64,000 nucleotides of DNA from Okamejei kenojei (Eukaryota): contig CM069133.1 in assembly GCA_035221665.1 (NCBI GenBank), positions 137,578,001 through 137,642,000 on the forward strand, written 5' to 3'. A program made the translations under genes and the position numbers. This document shows, one piece after another, positions 60,401 to 64,000 of this stretch. The notes beneath the pieces are model-generated. The model ran no database searches. It worked only from the letters and a program-made list of their open reading frames with translations, and was not told the origin of the DNA. Positions within the stretch are counted from its first letter, which is position 1. Each line of letters starts with the position of its first letter.

Positions 60401-61967
60401 TAACTTGTGTACATCACAGAAATGGTCCACAGCAGCTTAGTAGAGGAATCTGCAGCATAGAAGGAGACCATCCAATTTACAAAGTCTATTCTGGGCAACA
60501 ATAGGGCTAGTTTGTTTATTCCCACTTGGGCTTTCAGTCTAGAGCTCTTCTCTTCCGGACACCCTGTAAATGTGCCAAAACCTTTTGCCTTCATCTTTGT
60601 TCTAGGCAGTGGAAAATATTTACTCTATTTCCCTTTACTCCTTCCATCAATTAACTTAAATTTATATCCCTTTTGTTGTTGTCCTTTCGGCCAAGGGGAA
60701 TAAATCTTTCCTGTCCGTTCTGTCTTGGCCTCTCTCTATTATATATACCTCAATTAAATCTTCCATTGGTCTCCTTTGTTCCAAAGAAAACAACCATGGC
60801 CATGTTAATCTCTGCCCGAAACAGTAATTCTCCAGTCTTGGCAATGTCCCCAATGAACATTGAATTCTCTTTGTACAGGAGACCATTCAACCCATTAAGT
60901 GCGTACAAGCTCCCAGAAGAGCAGGATCGCCAGACCCGTTTCACCTTCATGGGCCTGCAATTGTTGTTAACTTTCAAATCTTTATCCACTTGCCCCATGT
61001 AAGCTACATTTAGATCTGCATTTGACAGACTTCTATTGGCATTGCATTCCAGAACACACATTTTTACTGCATTGAAAAAATGTATTCCTCGAGTTGTTTC
61101 CTGGAACTTTGCTGGTCATTTTACATCAGTGACCACTGGTTCTTGACCCATTAGTAATGGGAACAGCTTCAATCTATTTATCCTATCAAAGCCTGTCAAG
61201 ATTTTGGACACCTCTATCCAATTTCCTCTCCTCATTCTTGACTCCAAAAGAACAATACCAGCTTCTGTAATCATTCCTTTGAACTGAAATTCCTCATCCT
61301 GTGGAACTATTCTGGTAAATCTATTCCGCAACACTGCTGCAGTCTTCAGATCCTTCAAAACAGCGACCAGAATTTAACCAACACTCTACTTGTGGACCTT
61401 TCAGTTCTGTTTAAAAGTTCAACAATGCGTTCTTTCTGTAGTGCTCTCTGGCTACAATTTCTCAGTTGCCCTGCCACACTTGAAGATTTATGCCTGTATA
61501 CACCCAAGTTCCTCTGCTCCTGCAACAATATTAGAAGTATAATATTGAGCCTATATTGGCTCTCATTCTTTCCGCCAAAATATCATTTTACAACTCTATA
61601 AATTACATTTCATCTAACACTACCCACCAAACCAACTATCCACATCCTCTTGTGGTTTGCTATTACAGTTGCCTTTTGCCACATTTTCAATCTTTGTCAT
61701 CTGAAATTTTTCAAATTTTACCCTGCACATCCACCACCAAGTCATTAATAAATAATATGAAAATTGTGATCTCTGCACTGATCCCTGGGGAATATTCCCT
61801 TCAATCTGACAGACAACTCTTCGATCTCCAAAGTAAGCTCGTATTCATGCTGTTCCTGATCCAATTATTCCATCGGTTTGAGTTTGCTGATTAGTCTTTT
61901 AAGTGAAACTTTATTGATAGTCTTCTGAAAATCCACATAGAAAATATTCACCTCATTAACCTTATCA

Positions 61968-62191
61968 ATGCCAAATGCTGGAGTAAATCAGCGGGACAGG
62001 CATCGTCTCTGGAGAGATGGAATGGGTGATGTTTTGGTTCAAGACCCTTCTTCAAGGTCCTGATGAGGGGTCTTGACCTGAAACGTCACCCATTCCTTCT
62101 CTCCAGAGATGCCGCCTGTCCCGCTGAGTTACTCCAGCATTTTGTGTCTACCTTCGATTTTGCCAGCATCTGCAGTTCTTTCTTAATACTA
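61968..62191 (+). mobile_element. Fold-back Penelope pLTR derivative with 10-bp TSD
   Basis: Inverted arms of about 80 bp centred near 62057; TSD AACCTTATCA at 61958-61967 and 62192-62201. Confidence 0.85.
62056..62090 (+). ncRNA. Minimal type I hammerhead ribozyme motif (PLE-type)
   Basis: CTGATGA (62060-62066), G, stem II GGGTC-TT-GACCT, GAAA (62080-62083), CG, then TC with predicted cleavage after 62087. Palindromic ACGT forms stem III; stem I is only GGT/ACC, with one extra C. Confidence 0.55.
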
Positions 62192-62589
62192 AACCTTATC
62201 AGTCCTCTCTAATCTCATCAAAAAACATCTAGGTTTCAGCTTGCAAAACTGAAAACCAGATCTGTAAAATCGATAGTTGTGACTCAAAACCTTTTTCGAA
62301 AGGGAAACTTTAGTCTGACTGAAGTAAAAAAAAAATGAAAAGAATATTTATATAAATGGAAATCTATGTTTTCAGATAATTTCCTTCTATCTGTAATCTC
62401 GCATTTCATTTGCAACCAGTTAAGTAACACTACCTCTGAGTAAGTGACATGGGCTTTACCAAGAGAAAATAAAATATCAAAATCTTCAAACGAAAGGAGG
62501 AAACAGAAAGAACATTATTCAAATTTAAGAAAACTAAGCTGCCGGTTTTGCATATCATCTAAAATATATGGGCAGTGGGCACATACATT

Positions 62590-62768
62590 TAAATGGGATT
62601 TAAGAGAGAGAATTAGATAGAGTTCTAGGGGCTAGTGGAATCAAGGGATATGGGGAGAAGGCAGGGACGGGTTATTGATAGGGGACGATCTGCCATGATC
62701 ACAATGAATGGCGGTGCCGGCTCGAAGGGCTGAATGGCCTCTTCCTGCACCTATGTTCTATCTTTCTA
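62590..62768 (+). mobile_element. CR1 3' end
   Basis: ttaagagagagaattagatagag..ctgcacctatgttctatctttcta. Confidence 0.88.
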
Positions 62769-63314
62769 AAATGAATATTGAGGGGAACAAAACCCGTCTC
62801 CAATTGTTACAAAGCAGAGCTGCACACCTTAAAAGATTTAAACTGTGCTTTGTCTTAACTAGTTAGATAAAATCTGTGTTTGGAGAGGCTAAAGGAATAT
62901 CATTCAAACTGCATAACTATCCAGTCCAGTTAGCATCCTGCCAGCCCAGGCTCTGCATTTCACCCTGCATGCGACCAATATGCATATTAAGGTTTGCTGG
63001 TCAACCTCTTGTATTTCTTTAATCTGTCCTTCTTCATCCAATTAGCTAATCGGACCTTGAATGGTAATGTAGCCCAGGGTTTTCCTTTCTACAGGATTCT
63101 TCCAACATTTCTGTAAACCATGAGAGGTGTGCATACATTAAGAGTAGAGGGGGGAGAGGCCCATCCGCATTTTCCGCTTACTCACCATTTCCAGAATTGA
63201 ATTCCGCAGTCTCTGTTTAATAAAGTTTCCTTCACTCCTATTATAAATCTATTGGATTTAGGTATCATGCATAATATAAAACAGCAGTCTATAATACCAA
63301 ATATACCTTCAATA

Positions 63315-63558
63315 ACATTTTGTTATATGCAGATGTACTTTTATACATTACTAATCCCCAAGTTATTATTCCAAATGTTTTAAACATTATAGAACAATTT
63401 GGTTCTTTTTCTGGATATAGAATAAATTGGAACAAAAGTGAAATCATGCCAATAAAAGAACAAGACACTTCTCAACTCCAACAAATTCCTTTCAGAATTA
63501 TTACTGAAAAGTTCAGATATCTTGGAATTTACGTGACTAGAAAGTATTCCTCTTTGTT
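63315..63558 (+). mobile_element. L1 LINE ORF2 RT fragment (fish-type)
   Basis: LYAD-VLLYITNP..FGSFSGYRINWNKSE..FRYLGIYVT. Confidence 0.85.
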
Positions 63559-64000
63559 TAGGAATAACTGTGCATAGTTCCCTGAAGGTGGAATCGCATG
63601 TAGATAGGGTGGTAAAGAAAGCCTTTGGTGTGCTGGCCTTTATAAATCAGAGCATTGAATATAGGAGTAGGGAAGTAATGTTAAAATTGTACAAGGCATT
63701 GGTAAGACCAATTCTGGAGTATGGTGTACAATTTTGGTCGCCTAATTATAGGAAGGATGTCAACAAAATAGAGAGAGTACAGAGGAGATTTACTAGAATG
63801 TTGCCAGGGTTCCAGCAACTCTGTTACAGAGAAAGGTTGAACAAGTTAGGTCTTTATTCTTTGGAGCGCAGAAGGTTAAGGGGGGACTTGATTGAGGTCT
63901 TTAAAATGATGAAAGGGATAGACAGAGTTGACGTGGATACGCTTTTCCCATTGAGGGTAGGGAAGTTTCAAACAAGAGGGCATGACATGAGAATTAAGGG
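63559..64000 (+). mobile_element. CR1 subfamily A, running off the window end
   Basis: Near-identical to the reverse complement of 26090-26530 (GITVHSSLKVESHVDRVVKKAFG...). Confidence 0.96.

Larger units (their letters stand above)
60440..62230 (-). mobile_element. Old CR1 remnants (two or more pieces)
   Basis: LFSLEQRRPMEDLIEVY; RNRFTRIVP..RMRRGNWIEV.KIL.GFDR; YVDFQKT at about 61920. Confidence 0.65.

Overview
Repeat-dense vertebrate DNA, probably intronic or intergenic, with no recognisable host exon, RNA gene or intact transposon ORF. The repeat set points to a cartilaginous fish, most likely a skate or ray; this is inference from HER1-type CR1 LINEs with SGNH-esterase ORF1, HE1-type V-SINEs, Rex1/Babar, Tx1 and Penelope elements. 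More than 20 CR1 fragments of several ages dominate the window, including one near-full-length copy at 14674-18342. Also present are two decayed Gypsy LTR elements (3771-5165 and about 27900-33072, the latter with a tRNA-Leu PBS), a non-autonomous Helitron (9727-11005), Harbinger and hAT MITEs, a Zisupton-like element, a HERO-clade RLE retrotransposon fragment, and RTE, L1, L2 and Tx1 fragments. The main observations are: (i) about a dozen short fold-back Penelope-derived elements, three with 10-14 bp TSDs and one retaining a minimal hammerhead ribozyme core; (ii) two interleaved or deletion-riddled CR1 segments that look like consensus ghosts of heterozygous insertions; (iii) a GC-rich non-coding family carrying a Rex1-type tail; (iv) a hAT MITE with tandem palindromic kB-like sites. 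All family calls are by-eye motif recognition, no database search was run, and boundaries of old fragments are approximate.
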